A stretch of 64,000 nucleotides of DNA from Macrostomum hystrix (Eukaryota; Animalia; Platyhelminthes), in the NCBI GenBank assembly GCA_950097015.1, contig CATNEN010000001.1:19158001-19222000 (forward strand), given 5' to 3'. The position numbers and the translations under genes were made by a program. This document shows positions 24,837-37,603 of this stretch, one piece after another. Under the pieces are notes generated by a model. It saw only the letters and a program-made list of their open reading frames with translations. It did not search any database and was not told the DNA's origin. How positions within the stretch are numbered: the stretch's first letter is position 1; every line of letters starts with the position of its first letter.

Positions 24837-27284
24837 TTAATCGGAGTCGCTATCAGAAGACTCCGAATCTTCTGAAGCAACCGCTTCATTAGCGCTCTGA
24901 CTCAGTGTGCTGAGGGAGAATTTATTCGCAAGAAGATATTTTACAGCATCAGTCACGCTTTTACTTGCAACATCTTCAAGCAGTCTTCTAAACAATTCCC
25001 GAAATTGAGCGGCTAAGCCCGGCTGATTCGCTAAGTCATCACAGAGGCTCTGCAAATTAACCTGAAGGTCAACCCACTCATCTGAAATAATATGCGCTTC
25101 TTCTTTTAGGCGTTTATATTTGTTACTGACGTCTATAGCCCGCTGACGAAATCGGATGGAAAGGTCGGTTCCAGACAAATGTTCATATTTCGCACTACGC
25201 GGTTTTTTATATTCATCGAAAGAAGCTCTGTCTTCAATTGGAAGACGAGCGTAGAGTTTTTTCATGTCGGATGCATAACTTTTAACCTTTCGCAAGCACA
25301 TTCTGGTTTGACTTTGGCCAACTGACTTACCAACCTGTTTACTCCAATGATCTCTGTGCACTGCAAGAGCGCGTAGCTCACATAGGATATCATCTTCCGA
25401 GTTGTGTACAGCTACTCGGAGGGAATCTTCATACCATTGGGAGCCTAAATCCAAAATTTCATCCTCAGAGATGACCAGACTGTCATTTCGGACCCCCGAG
25501 TGCTGCAAAATCGCAGACTGGCTTTGTAGCTCTTTTAGTTCACTTAGAATGCTTTTTCCCGCACCTACCATAAGCTTAATACGTTGTGTAAACCACCCAG
25601 AAGCGCTAAGAAGCTGTTGTGCATTAAAGAAGTATAGAATATGCGCCATGTATTGTGCTCGTCGGTCTTTCCGCATGTACTTTAAAAACTTACCGAACGG
25701 CCTGAGTTGAGACCAGGCTCGCTCAGTATTCTCTCCATCGCATAGACCTGCGCCTGGAGTAACGCGAACAGAAAACTTTTTTTGACAACTGGGCAGGTGA
25801 CCAAGAGCATGAAAAGCGTTTATTGCACAGCTACTCGCTTGAATGTTGGCACCAGACTTCGCAATAGCGGATTTAACCCGGCTGGATACGCGACAGCCTG
25901 TGAATTGGGATAAAGAGTAAGTCATGTTGTCATATAACTGTACACAAGCAACAGTATTTCATAGATTGTATGCATTTTATAAAATAATAATAAACTTACC
26001 CACGTCATATACGACAAGTAATTCCTTAGACACTTTGACGTTTCGCAGAAAGTGTTCAAGGCACTGTTCCAGGTAGCAAAACTTTTCTCCACCAGTTGTG
26101 ATATTTGAGCCACACAAAAGGCGATTGTGACGACAGAATAATCCAAAGAAACCCGTGACATCATGTCTCTGCTCACGGCTTAATGGTTCATGAGCACCGG
26201 CCTTCCAATTAGGACAATTCTGTTCCTCTGCTCGATTTTTTGGCACATCCGCTTTAATATCTACATAGACAAGCGGCGTAGGTAATGGACGACCATCTGA
26301 TGGTATTTCCAGTTGTGTACGCCCCTTGGCTTTAAAGCGCTGCCAACCAAATAGAGCATCTGCACAGACAACAGTTTTGCGCACAGCGTGATTATCTGGA
26401 CAGAGAAGACAATTATTTGGCCATTTTGCTGAGGCCATTTGCAGGTGGCGAAACCGCAGCAAAACATCATGTCGTTGAATGCGTTGATAAGTGCTTTTTA
26501 CAAGAGCCAAATTATATGTACCTTGTCCCAGAGTTGGCCCAATGAGCAGTGTACTGACCGCTCTGTGAACAGGCAACTGCCCAGTCATACACAAACTGTC
26601 TAGCAGGGACAAAAAGGTAAAAGAAAAGAATGCATACCCATCTGAATCAGGCTTTGACCCTTCGCAACAAGGGAAGAACCCTTGAGAAAGGAGTGCACCA
26701 ATAAGATCACAGGAGTCGCAGGTAATAAAAATGACCTTTACGCTTCCAGCCAGATCTATAAGGTCAACTTTTGTAGCCGCACAGACATTCAGATTCAATT
26801 TACTAGAAGCGCAGCAAAACATTTCAAAAGCATCGTGAGTAGCATCCAGTTCCTGAAACATTAGACTCTCCTTATTCCATATGAGAAACTTGTGGGCTGA
26901 AAACTTTTTATGCGTCTCATTCTTACAGCTGGCACATAAGCTAAGTCGACAAGTAACACATCGATATACACCTTCGTGCTCATAGCAAGAGGAACACAGA
27001 TTTAAGAGAAAATGCTTCTCGTAACTACCTCTGTATTTCTCAGCAAAGCTGTCAAAATCTACCCATTCAACATCTTCTACTGTAGGAGCAAAAGACTCAG
27101 GCATACCGACATCATTCTCGGTGCTAGCTTCCACTGGAACAGGAGTAGTTTCAGACACAGGACGCCGAGATGTTGAGCCTCGATTTCGGCCGCTAATGAT
27201 TGTCTTAATCTTTCTGGGTCGCCCACGACAGCCAGTTTGCAGTGTAGCTTTGACAACACGCTTCAGTTCGATGCCGCGATACAT
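24837..27284 (-). CDS. CxC (CxC2/CxC3-like) cysteine cluster + KDZ transposase, two exons (27284-26000, 25897-24837), 781 aa
   Basis: A 102-bp GTAAGT...TTCACAG intron joins YDVG|CR in frame. KDZ motifs: VCADALFGWQR, GFFGLFCRH, GEKFCY, YDVGC, FHALGHLPSCQ, GAGLCDGENTERAWSQL. N-terminal CxxC...YRCVTC...LCASC...H...H..W cluster and LLSQGFFP. Confidence 0.92.
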
Positions 27285-27890
27285 TGTCTGGAAATGAGAA
27301 AGTAATTTATAATCATTGGTTTACAGTATTTAATATTGTAGACAGACAACTGTTTTCTATTTAATACTATAAAGTTTTATATATTCTATAATGAAATCAT
27401 AGCACTTATATTCAACATATATTCCCACAAGTATTGTGGCCATGTAACTACAGTCTGTGGAGATTGCTGACCTGCACTTGGGCGTCATTTCTATACACTT
27501 GCTTGAATATAAAGAATTGAACATTTACTTAAAAATTTGCACACAAATCCCTTTTTCTCACTCTCACAAATTAACACATTACTGCCACCCATGGACTCCA
27601 TGGAATGTGACAAAGATTGGCAGACTTGGGGTGGCAGTTTGCTCAGCTTTGCCAGGGCCAGACTGTCATGCTGCAGTGTCCAGCTGCAGCTATTCTGCCT
27701 AGATGATCAGCCTGTCTGATACTGATACCAGCATGGACTTCTCTAATCCTCCAATGGATTGCCACTAATCTCAGTCGAATACCTTCTCAAGTGATTGATT
27801 TCAAGATTTCAATTTCACTATTTACGATATAAATATTGATCTTAAGTTCAAGGTCCACTGGAAAGAAGCCTTTATGTGCAAAGAGTATGC

Positions 27891-28324
27891 GGCAATGTTC
27901 TACTTCCGTTCGTTATATTATTTTTTCATTTGCAAATGACAGATAACGACAAAAACAAGTTTAACGGAAACAATAAGTCTGTAGTTTGATCAGACAGTTC
28001 TGAAAAGTCTTGGTCAGTCTTTCTTCTTTCAAACCGGGTAAGTGCCTAATCCAGTAGAGGAGGGCACCGAAGCTATTCTTGGGGTATAGACAGCGCCATA
28101 AGAATTCTTTGAGGTGGCTTTCGAATAGAGCAGCATTCGTGCCATGCATTTGACGCAGCTTGGCCTTCACAAAATCTTCAGCTGCAGAATTTCTGTGCCT
28201 AAGCTTCCTGTTCCCCCATATTTGCCAGATTTTGCCATAGACATAGATCCAAGTGTCAAGTCACGGCAAAGCCATGTCAATTCAAACGAAAAAATAATAT
28301 AACGAACGGAAGTAAAACATTGCC
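27891..28324 (-). mobile_element. Non-autonomous Merlin (IS1595/ISXO2-like) element, 434 bp
   Basis: ~50-bp TIRs GGCAATGTT(C/T)TACTTCCGTTCGTTATATTATTTTTTC; 8-bp TSD GAGTATGC at 27883-27890 and 28325-28332; internal KAKLRQMHGTNAALFESHLKEFLWR matches the ISXO2 transposase C-terminal motif. Confidence 0.9.
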
Positions 28325-30298
28325 GAGTATGCATTAGTTTTTTTGAGATCTTGCCCTATTAACTATTTACTTTATTTACTATTTACCAAAGCCTACTTGA
28401 CTCAATGTTAAAGTTACTTATATTGGTGGTGCATGTCACTTATTACATTGTTTATAATTTCTTTCTGGCACACAGCCACCTTTTTGACTCTGGAAGTAGG
28501 CTAGGAGGCTAGGTCTAAAGACCAAATGAAATTAGTGACTGTTGCTTCATAAAAAGTTGCAGAGCTTGGTACACTGTTAAGCAAGAAATGCAAAGAAACT
28601 AGCAGCAGAACTTAATAAATAAAAGTGAATATTATAGTCGGACAACTGTTTCTAATTTAATACACACTGGCACAACCTCTAACAAAATTTTGGATTAACC
28701 CATCTTCAATGTTAACTAAATATGAGTAAATGCTTATAGGCACTAGCTATAGTACTGGTTTACTGCCGAGTTAACTAGTTTCTAACCTGCCAAAGATAGT
28801 CAGATAATATTTCCTATTCAATACTAGCTATCTAGAGTATTATATTACATCATATTAACCATGTAATTTTGCCATATAGCGACATATGTTATTTTCCAAC
28901 TGACATTGTTTAGACATTTATCGAGTTTTTAATTACCTTGTGCAAATGACTCTGATTTGTCCAAAACTAAGTGAAGAGTGAAGTAAACAATACAAATATT
29001 TTTGTTTTTAACCTTAATTACGATTTACGAAGAACGAAATTAGCTACCAAAGTGGCAATAATCTAGAAAAAGTAACAGTAATGTGGAATGATTGCAATTG
29101 GTACAATCTTGTACTTTTTTGTCCCGATTTACCTGTCTTTCACTTTCAGTTGAATTCAAAGAGAAAATTAAATTACTAAATTAATTAAAATTCAGTTCAA
29201 AATTAAAATTTGAAAAAGCTAAAAACAACATGGCGGACAACTCCGACGAACATGCATCTGAAATTATTTAAACCGCGCCAAAAAAATCTGCAGAGCCTTC
29301 TTTATGTATATGTCTAAGAACATAATTATTTGTTTTTTTAAAGCAGTATTAAGTAGCCTATACCTTTATTACGATTTTGTTTTTTTAAACTCAAACGCTA
29401 CGAGTACGTTACGGTTTACATACGTAAGTTGCGGGTAATATCGAGCCGATCTTCAAGAAAGGAAAATAATGTGTTTCGTAGCTAATTATTTGGAATACCT
29501 TGGTTTTTCGAGAATTATTAAATTAAGACCTAATATACCAGAAAGTCTTACGGTTTCCCTACTTTGTAGCAGAACACGAAAGCTCAGACACTTTTATTAA
29601 AAATATATAATATCTGTAGATGAATTAACTAAATCGATGTTTCAGTAGGTTGAACTCGTGCGATTATACTGCTTTTGCAACAGAATGCAATGACTTTGCA
29701 TCAATTAGATTTATAAATTGGTCGATTATTTATCATGTTGATTTCTGTCGAAAAGGTTAAATGTTCCGGAAACTTTATGTAACTCTAAACAAAGTAAAAC
29801 ATTTAGATACTGGTGTGAGGCATTGCACTTCGTACCCTACAAAATTTAAACGCTGTTTTGCCGTTTTTATGCAGTATGTGTTTAAAAAAATCTTTTAGCG
29901 AACTATTTTCGCTTCAACCTTTCTTTTAAGTTACTTTTATGCTTTAAAAATAATGATTTTTGCCTTGCTGGTCTTTATTTAAAACTTTATGGATTACATG
30001 CAATGACAAAAATAAGTAGAATGTTTGGTGCAACGATAAATCGATGACTTTCGTTACGGGTGCTAATAATTTTGACTTTTGCTGAGTTTGTAATAAATTT
30101 GTAATATTGACGTTCACCCTTTTGGTTTTTGAAGCTTTGCAGATAAAATTTGGGGACCTGCTGGACCCGTCGTTAGATAATGGAGCGATTCGCTAGCTCG
30201 CGATATATTTGCTTGCGTTGCTAATATTGCGTTGCGAATTTGATCGCTACGATGGCCATTGCTTAAAATAAGAAAGCACAAGCTGCAGCCTGCAGCCA

Positions 30299-31578
30299 AA
30301 AAAGTATTCGAACGAAAGAATATATACTAATAAATAGTAATTCTTCGTTGTATTTGGCCAATGTCATGTGGTGAAACTGGTAGCACGTCAGCCTGATAAC
30401 TGCGGGTCGTTGGTTCGACTCATTTTTTATTTAAATTAATGATTATATGTTTTGCAGAACAACAAAAACATCATATAAGCCTACTCATTTCTTAATCTGG
30501 CTGAGTAAGAAAAAAAGCGGTTTTACGCTGATTTACATAAATATCAGCACTATACAGTACACTCGAAGCACCAAAGGAATCACATACAGTAGGATAGCCT
30601 ATATGTTTTGAAAAACTCTGAAAAAGTATTCGAACGAAAGAATATACTTATAAATAGTAATTCTTCGTTGTAAACTGGCAATGTCAAGTGGTTTAACTGG
30701 TAGCACGTCAGCCTGACAACTGCGGGTCGTTGGTTCGACTCATTTTTTATTTAAATTAATGATTATATGTTTTGCAGAACAACAAGAACATCATATAAGC
30801 CTACTCATTTCTTAATCTGGCTGAGTAAGAAAAAAAGCGGTTTTACGCTGATTTACATAAATATCAGCACTATACAGTACACTCGAAGCACCAAAGGAAT
30901 CACATACAGTAGGATAGCCTATATGTTTTGAAAAACTCTGAAAAAGTATTCGAACGAAAGAATATACTTATAAATAGTAATTCTTCGTTGTAAACTGGCA
31001 ATGTCAAGTGGTTTAACTGGTAGCACGTCAGCCTGACAACTGCGGGTCGTTGGTTCGACTCATTTTTTATTTAAATTAATGATTATATGTTTTGCAGAAC
31101 AACAAGAACATCATATAAGCCTACTCATTTCTTAATCCGGCTGAGTAAGAAAAAAAGCGGTTTTACGCTGATTTACATCAATATCAGCACTATACAGTAC
31201 ACTCGAAGCACCAAAGGAATCACATACAGTAGAATAGCCTATATGTTTTGAAAAACTCTGAAAAAGTATTCGAACGAAAGAATATACTAATAAATAGTAA
31301 TTCTTCGTTGTATATGGGCAATGTCAAGTGGTGAAACTGGTAGCACGTCAGCCTGATAACTGCGGGTCGTTGGTTCGACTCATTTTTTATTTAAATTAAT
31401 GATTATATGTTTTGCAGAACAACAAGAACATCATATAAGCCTACTCATTTCTTAATCCGGCTGAGTAAGAAAAAAAGCGGTTTTACGCTGATTTACATCA
31501 ATATCAGCACTATACAGTACATTCGAAGCACCAAAGGAATCACATACAGTAGGATAGCCTATATGTTTTGAAAAACTC
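30299..31578 (+). repeat. Four 320-bp tandem units, each with a truncated tRNA-like Pol III cassette
   Basis: AAAGTATTCGAACGAAAG at ~30301, 30623, 30943, 31263; each unit has an A box TGGT(GA/TT)AACTGG, a B box GGTTCGACTC and a T6 run. Confidence 0.85.
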
Positions 31579-31614
31579 TTAAATTAAGAAAACTCTTAAA
31601 GAATTTATTTTTCC

Positions 31615-31855
31615 AAACATATCGGCAGCATCCGAACCCCACAGAATTGCCGCACAGAACTGCTTTATTCCACGCCAGCCAGAATTATTATTACCCGACG
31701 AAATGTCGGTACTCATCTGCAGCTGAGTAGACTGTGTGCACATCAGGGCAAAGCAGCTTGCCAAGGGCTGCACGAATAGTTCTAGACTAGGTCGGGAGTC
31801 GAACCCAGGACCATCTGATCCAGAGTCCGACACCTTACTGACTGAGCTATCCGCC
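31615..31855 (-). mobile_element. tRNA-derived SINE (family A) within the KDZ right arm
   Basis: Same sequence as 1660-1900. Confidence 0.7.
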
Positions 31856-32061
31856 CTCATGGGCAACCTCTCCCCCTCCTCCTCCCCCCCGTCACCTTCC
31901 TATCCCATATCCGAGGCCCACACCAGGAGCGCACCCTGGGCCCATGGGCTGGGCTCATGAGCTGCGATCGGCTAGCCCAGCTCACCTCACCATGAGGGCA
32001 CCCTGGCTAGGCGCATAATAAACGCATGAGCTGGGGCCGGCTAGCCCGCGGCCATAGACTG

Positions 32062-32471
32062 CCCGCAGAGTGGCGGAGGGGAGTTGGGGTGGCTGTCCTC
32101 GGAAAACAAAAAGTGACTCACTTTGAGATGATGCAGCTTTGCTCTGGATTGAGTAGAGATGTTCAAAATTGACAGCATTGTTGGAAAACATGTAAAGTGT
32201 AAGTGGATCAAATTTGGAGAAAATCTGACAAAGTGGGGCGACGATATGTCGAATTGAGTGATTTTTTGACGATTTTTGAGCAGTTTTTTGCACTTTTGAG
32301 CAGGAAGGAAATGATTTTTCGGGAATTTGAGTAGCCTATTGCACTCAGCGTAGGTGGTTTTAGGTATGTGCAAAGTTTGGTGCGATTTGGTTGAGCGGTT
32401 TCGGCGTCTATAAAGACAAAAGGTTGCACACACACACACACAGACAGAGTTTTTACTTTTATATATATAGA
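32062..32471 (-). mobile_element. 5' portion of non-autonomous Helitron, copy 2
   Basis: Minus strand A|TCTATATATATAAAAGTA at 32471; similarity to copy 1 stops exactly at the TC. Confidence 0.82.
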
Positions 32472-32690
32472 TTACAGAAGAGAAACTGCTAAACTCTAAT
32501 CTCGGGGACGCCTAATTGACTGGAAACGTGTACAGTTGCCTAGTTACCGCTCGTGCATATATAAACGCTACCATTTGAGAAGCTAAAACGGCCCATTTAA
32601 GGACCGCCATTTAAAAATATCTTTTAAATTGAGTCAACAGCAGTGAAATTATCAAATAGCCCAAGAACAACTTTGGTGGCATTCAGTAGA
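32472..32690 (+). repeat. End of a dispersed repeat; a diverged inverted copy lies at 59790-60178
   Basis: AACTGCTAAACTCTAATCTC(G/A)GGGACGCCTAATTGAC, AAACGGCCCATTT(A/T)AGGACCGCCA and AACAACTTTGGTGGCATT blocks are shared. Confidence 0.7.
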
Positions 32691-34804
32691 ATTAAGTAAA
32701 AATAAGTAAAGCCCTAGTACAATTTCTTCATGTTTTCGTTTATCATTCACTCACTGGATTCCCTAGATCACAGCCCTTTATGGGAAGAATGCATTACGAA
32801 AACGAAAACCTAGAAATAGTTGATCGATCAAAAAATTGTTATAACTTTTTTATTGCCTTAGTAATTTTTATGAGTGAGGTGTCTTTTAACTCAGAAAAGC
32901 AAGATCTAGAACATAAAAAACATAGAAATAAAAATTCTAATTTCTCACTGGGAGCCCCTAACTTACATTAAACAAAATATTTTATAGGCCTACTTAGTCA
33001 CGTTTCTGAGCAGAATGTAATATTAATAGTACTGTTTAGGTGCTATAAGTTTTGTGGAAAGCAGCACTCGAGCAATAAACTTACCGAAACAGTTCCACAA
33101 AAATGATAATATAAATAGCTGGGTGCATGAGTTCTAAGAGCAAGATTTACTTTACCTCCCTTAACCAGAAAGCTCGAGCGAAAATAGGTTCGATCGATAT
33201 TTATCTATCTAGCAACGAAGATTTCTATTGGCGGAGAAATAAACTTTTTTTAGCTTCGTCCAACTTCATCGACGTTCATACGTTTATGTTTACTTAAAGT
33301 AGAAATATACCTGTTTTAAAATGCGAATTTCTGACTACAATATAACTTTTGTTTTGAAGGATAATCCGTTTTACAATTAAAAACGGATTAAACAATTAAA
33401 AATGTTTGATAGACAAGAGATAAAACGATAGATAAAAAAGTACTTTCAATTTAATTTTTTTATCGATTTAAAATATTAGAGTTGAAAATATCAGTTACAA
33501 TTAGTAAGTAAAAAACATGTCTGCTCTAACTACGGAAAAATTAAAGCGGCATTAATATAGAGAGGACATAACTATCCTAGTGGATAAGAAAGTAAAAAGG
33601 ATAAATTTGTGAGTACAAAGTCACAAATGCGCATGGTTTATTCGTGAATTTCCGATTTCCGTTTTCTTGCAGTTTCTAGCTTGGTTATGTTGCGTCGCTT
33701 ATCACTCTATTCTCTCTCTGTGGTATACTACTTTCGGCGGTCTCTCTTTTGTTCCCCCAATATTTCTCGCTTGGATACTGTTGGCCCTGAAAAGGGCCGT
33801 TTTAGCATACGTCTCCACGACATACTCTGTATAGGTAGCGTAGCGTCTTACTCAGGCATGAACGGTTTTCTCAATAAAGTCTCTCTAATTTTTCACCAAG
33901 TCTACAGGATGTACAGGACTGGAGTGTCAGCCTCGACCTCAAGCAGAAAATAACGAACACTTGAACACGAATTCTTAAGTTTTATAGTATTAAGAATTCA
34001 TTTGGATTTTCATCGAATCGCAATAATTATCATAATATTTTTTCAATGAATTTTTTTAATTATCACTGAATCGCAATAGTATTTAAAATACTTATAATTC
34101 ATGGAGCGCTATCAGAGTTGGTTGTTTCTATCGTAATTTTCGTCCGCTGATACCGCTGGTCCGCTGTCCGTATGTGACTTTGCCTGAGAAAAAAGAAAAG
34201 CGACAAACATTTCAAGGTAATTTACATAAACGAAAGTAAAATTGTTTGTCATTTTTAATATATTTCAGAATTTTATCGGGGCCAGATTGTTACATTGGAC
34301 TTGATTTATTGTATAGCTTTGCTTGTAGCATAATTGATTGATGGAACGTTATTCCACAGATAGACTTAAGGAATTTAGTATAGCCGTATAAGGTGGATTG
34401 ATTTGCTAAAACTACAATGAGACGACATATTAAGCGGGCTCAGACAGACCAACATAGAGCTTTAGTATACTGTCGTGGATACGATATAATGCAAAGAAAA
34501 ATACAACGAGAGACAATATTGTCCTTCTGGCAGTAAAAATACATTTTCCAGGGAGTTTCAACATTTACAAAGTAACCACAGCCTATTTTCCATTGTCCTG
34601 TCTTCCAAAACAAAAGAAAGCGTTCACGTAGGAACTCTTATCGATCATCTAGAAGCAAGCTTTTGGTATGTTTGATCGAAAATCGGCAATTATAGAGAAT
34701 GCAGATAATACACTACAAATCTATCCTAAGAAAGTAAATATAAATTAATACCAAGGCAAAATATACTAGGCAAAAAATATACCACATACTTTCACACTAA
34801 AACT

Positions 34805-37603
34805 ACAGATACAGTCACTCTAAACACACAGATACTGGCACTCTAAACACACAGATACTGTCACTCTAAACACACAGATACAGTCACTCCAAACACACAG
34901 ATACAGTCACTCTAAACACACAGATACAGTCACTCTAAACACACAGATACAGTCACTCCAAACACACAGATACTGTCACTCTAAACACACAGATACAGTC
35001 ACTCTAAACACACAGATACTGGCACTCCAAACACACAGATACAGTCACTCTAAACACACAGATACTGGCACTCTAAACACACAGATACTGTCACTCCAAA
35101 CACACAGATACAGTCACTCTAAACACACAGATACAGTCACTCTAAACACACAGATACTGGCACTCTAAACACACAGATACTGTCACTCTAAACACACAGA
35201 TACAGTCACTCCAAACACACAGATACAGTCACTCTAAACACACAGATACTGGCACTCTAAACACACAGATACTGTCACTCTAAACACACAGATACAGTCA
35301 CTCCAAACACACAGATACAGTCACTCTAAACACACAGATACTGTCACTCTAAACACACAGATACAGTCACTCCAAACACACAGATACTGTCACTCTAAAC
35401 ACACAGATACTGGCACTCCAAACACACAATTACTGTCACTCTAAACACACAGATACTGTCACTCAAAACACACAGATACTGTCACTCTAAACACACAGAT
35501 ACCGTCACTCTAAACACACAGATACTGGCACTCTAAACACACAGATACGGTCACTCTAAACACACAGATACAGTCACTCTATAAACACACAGATACAGTC
35601 ACTCTAAACACACAGATACAGTCACTCTAAACACACAGATACTGGCACTCCAAACACACAATTACTGTCACTCTAAACACACAGATACTGGCACTCTAAA
35701 CACACAGATACAGTCACTCTAAACACACAGATACAGTCACTCTAAACACACAGATACAGTCACTCTAAACACACAGATACAGTCACTCCAAACACACAGA
35801 TACAGTCACTCCAAACACACAGATACAGTCACTCCAAACACACAGATACTGGCACTCCAAACACACAGATACTGGCACTCCAAACACACAGATACAGTCA
35901 CTCTAAACACACAGATACTGTCACTCTAAACACACAGATACAGTCACTCCAAACACACAGATACAGTCACTCTAAACACACAGATACAGTCACTCTAAAC
36001 ACACAGATACAGTCACTCTAAACACACAGATACTGGCACTCCAAACACACAATTACTGTCACTCTAAACACACAGATACTGGCACTCCAAACACACAATT
36101 ACTGTCACTCTAAACACACAGATACTGGCACTCTAAACACACAGATACAGTCACTCTAAACACACAGATACAGTCACTCTAAACACACAGATACAGTCAC
36201 TCTAAACACACAGATACAGTCACTCCAAACACACAGATACAGTCACTCCAAACACACAGATACAGTCACTCCAAACACACAGATACTGGCACTCCAAACA
36301 CACAGATACTGGCACTCCAAACACACAGATACAGTCACTCTAAACACACAGATACTGTCACTCTAAACACACAGATACAGTCACTCCAAACACACAGATA
36401 CAGTCACTCTAAACACACAGATACAGTCACTCTAAACACACAGATACAGTCACTCTAAACACACAGATACAGTCACTCCAAACACACAGATACAGTCACT
36501 CCAAACACACAGATACAGTCACTCCAAACACACAGATACAGTCACTCCAAACACACAGATACAGTCACTCCAAACACACAGATACAGTCACTCCAAACAC
36601 ACAGATACAGTCACTCCAAACACACAGATACAGTCACTCCAAACACACAGATACAGTCACTCTAAACACACAGATACAGTCACTCTAAACACACAGATAC
36701 TGGCACTCCAAACACACAGATACTGGCACTCCAAACACACAGATACTGTCACTCCAAACACACAGATACTGGCACTCCAAACACACAGATACAGTCACTC
36801 TAAACACACAGATACAGTCACTCTAAACACACAGATACTGGCACTCTAAACACACAGATACTGTCACTCTAAACACACAGATACAGTCACTCCAAACACA
36901 CAGATACAGTCACTCTAAACACACAGATACTGGCACTCTAAACACACAGATACTGTCACTCTAAACACACAGATACAGTCACTCCAAACACACAGATACA
37001 GTCACTCTAAACACACAGATACTGTCACTCTAAACACACAGATACAGTCACTCCAAACACACAGATACTGTCACTCCAAACACACAGATACAGTCACTCT
37101 AAACACACAGATACAGTCACTCTAAACACACAGATACAGTCACTCCAAACACACAGATACAGTCACTCCAAACACACAGATACAGTCACTCCAAACACAC
37201 AGATACAGTCACTCCAAACACACAGATACAGTCACTCCAAACACACAGATACAGTCACTCCAAACACACAGATACAGTCACTCCAAACACACAGATACAG
37301 TCACTCCAAACACACAGATACAGTCACTCTAAACACACAGATACAGTCACTCTAAACACACAGATACTGGCACTCCAAACACACAGATACTGGCACTCCA
37401 AACACACAGATACTGTCACTCCAAACACACAGATACTGGCACTCCAAACACACAGATACTGGCACTCCAAACACACAGATACAGTCACTCTAAACACACA
37501 GATACAGTCACTCTAAACACACAATTACTGTCACTCTAAACACACAGATACTGGCACTCCAAACGCACAGATACTGGCACTCCAAACGCACAGATACTGT
37601 CAT
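34805..37603. repeat. 23-bp minisatellite, ~120 copies (CACTCTAAACACACAGATACAGT)
   Basis: Direct inspection; abuts the stop codon of the ankyrin gene. Confidence 0.97.

Larger units (their letters stand above)
4111..32061. mobile_element. Giant (27,951 bp) KDZ-superfamily DNA transposon with cargo
   Basis: Left end CACCTAACGGCCGTGGACTAGCCGGCCTCAGCTCA versus reverse-complemented right end CAGTCTATGGCCGCGGGCTAGCCGGCCCCAGCTCA. 7-bp TSD CCCGCAG at 4104-4110 and 32062-32068. Splits a Helitron into two parts and contains a KDZ transposase gene. Confidence 0.82.

Noticed and set aside
1-32471. 1-2513 and 29320-32471 as LTRs of a retroelement
   Set aside because: No gag/pol. The repeat is explained as KDZ right arm plus Helitron 5' end present twice, with different junctions.
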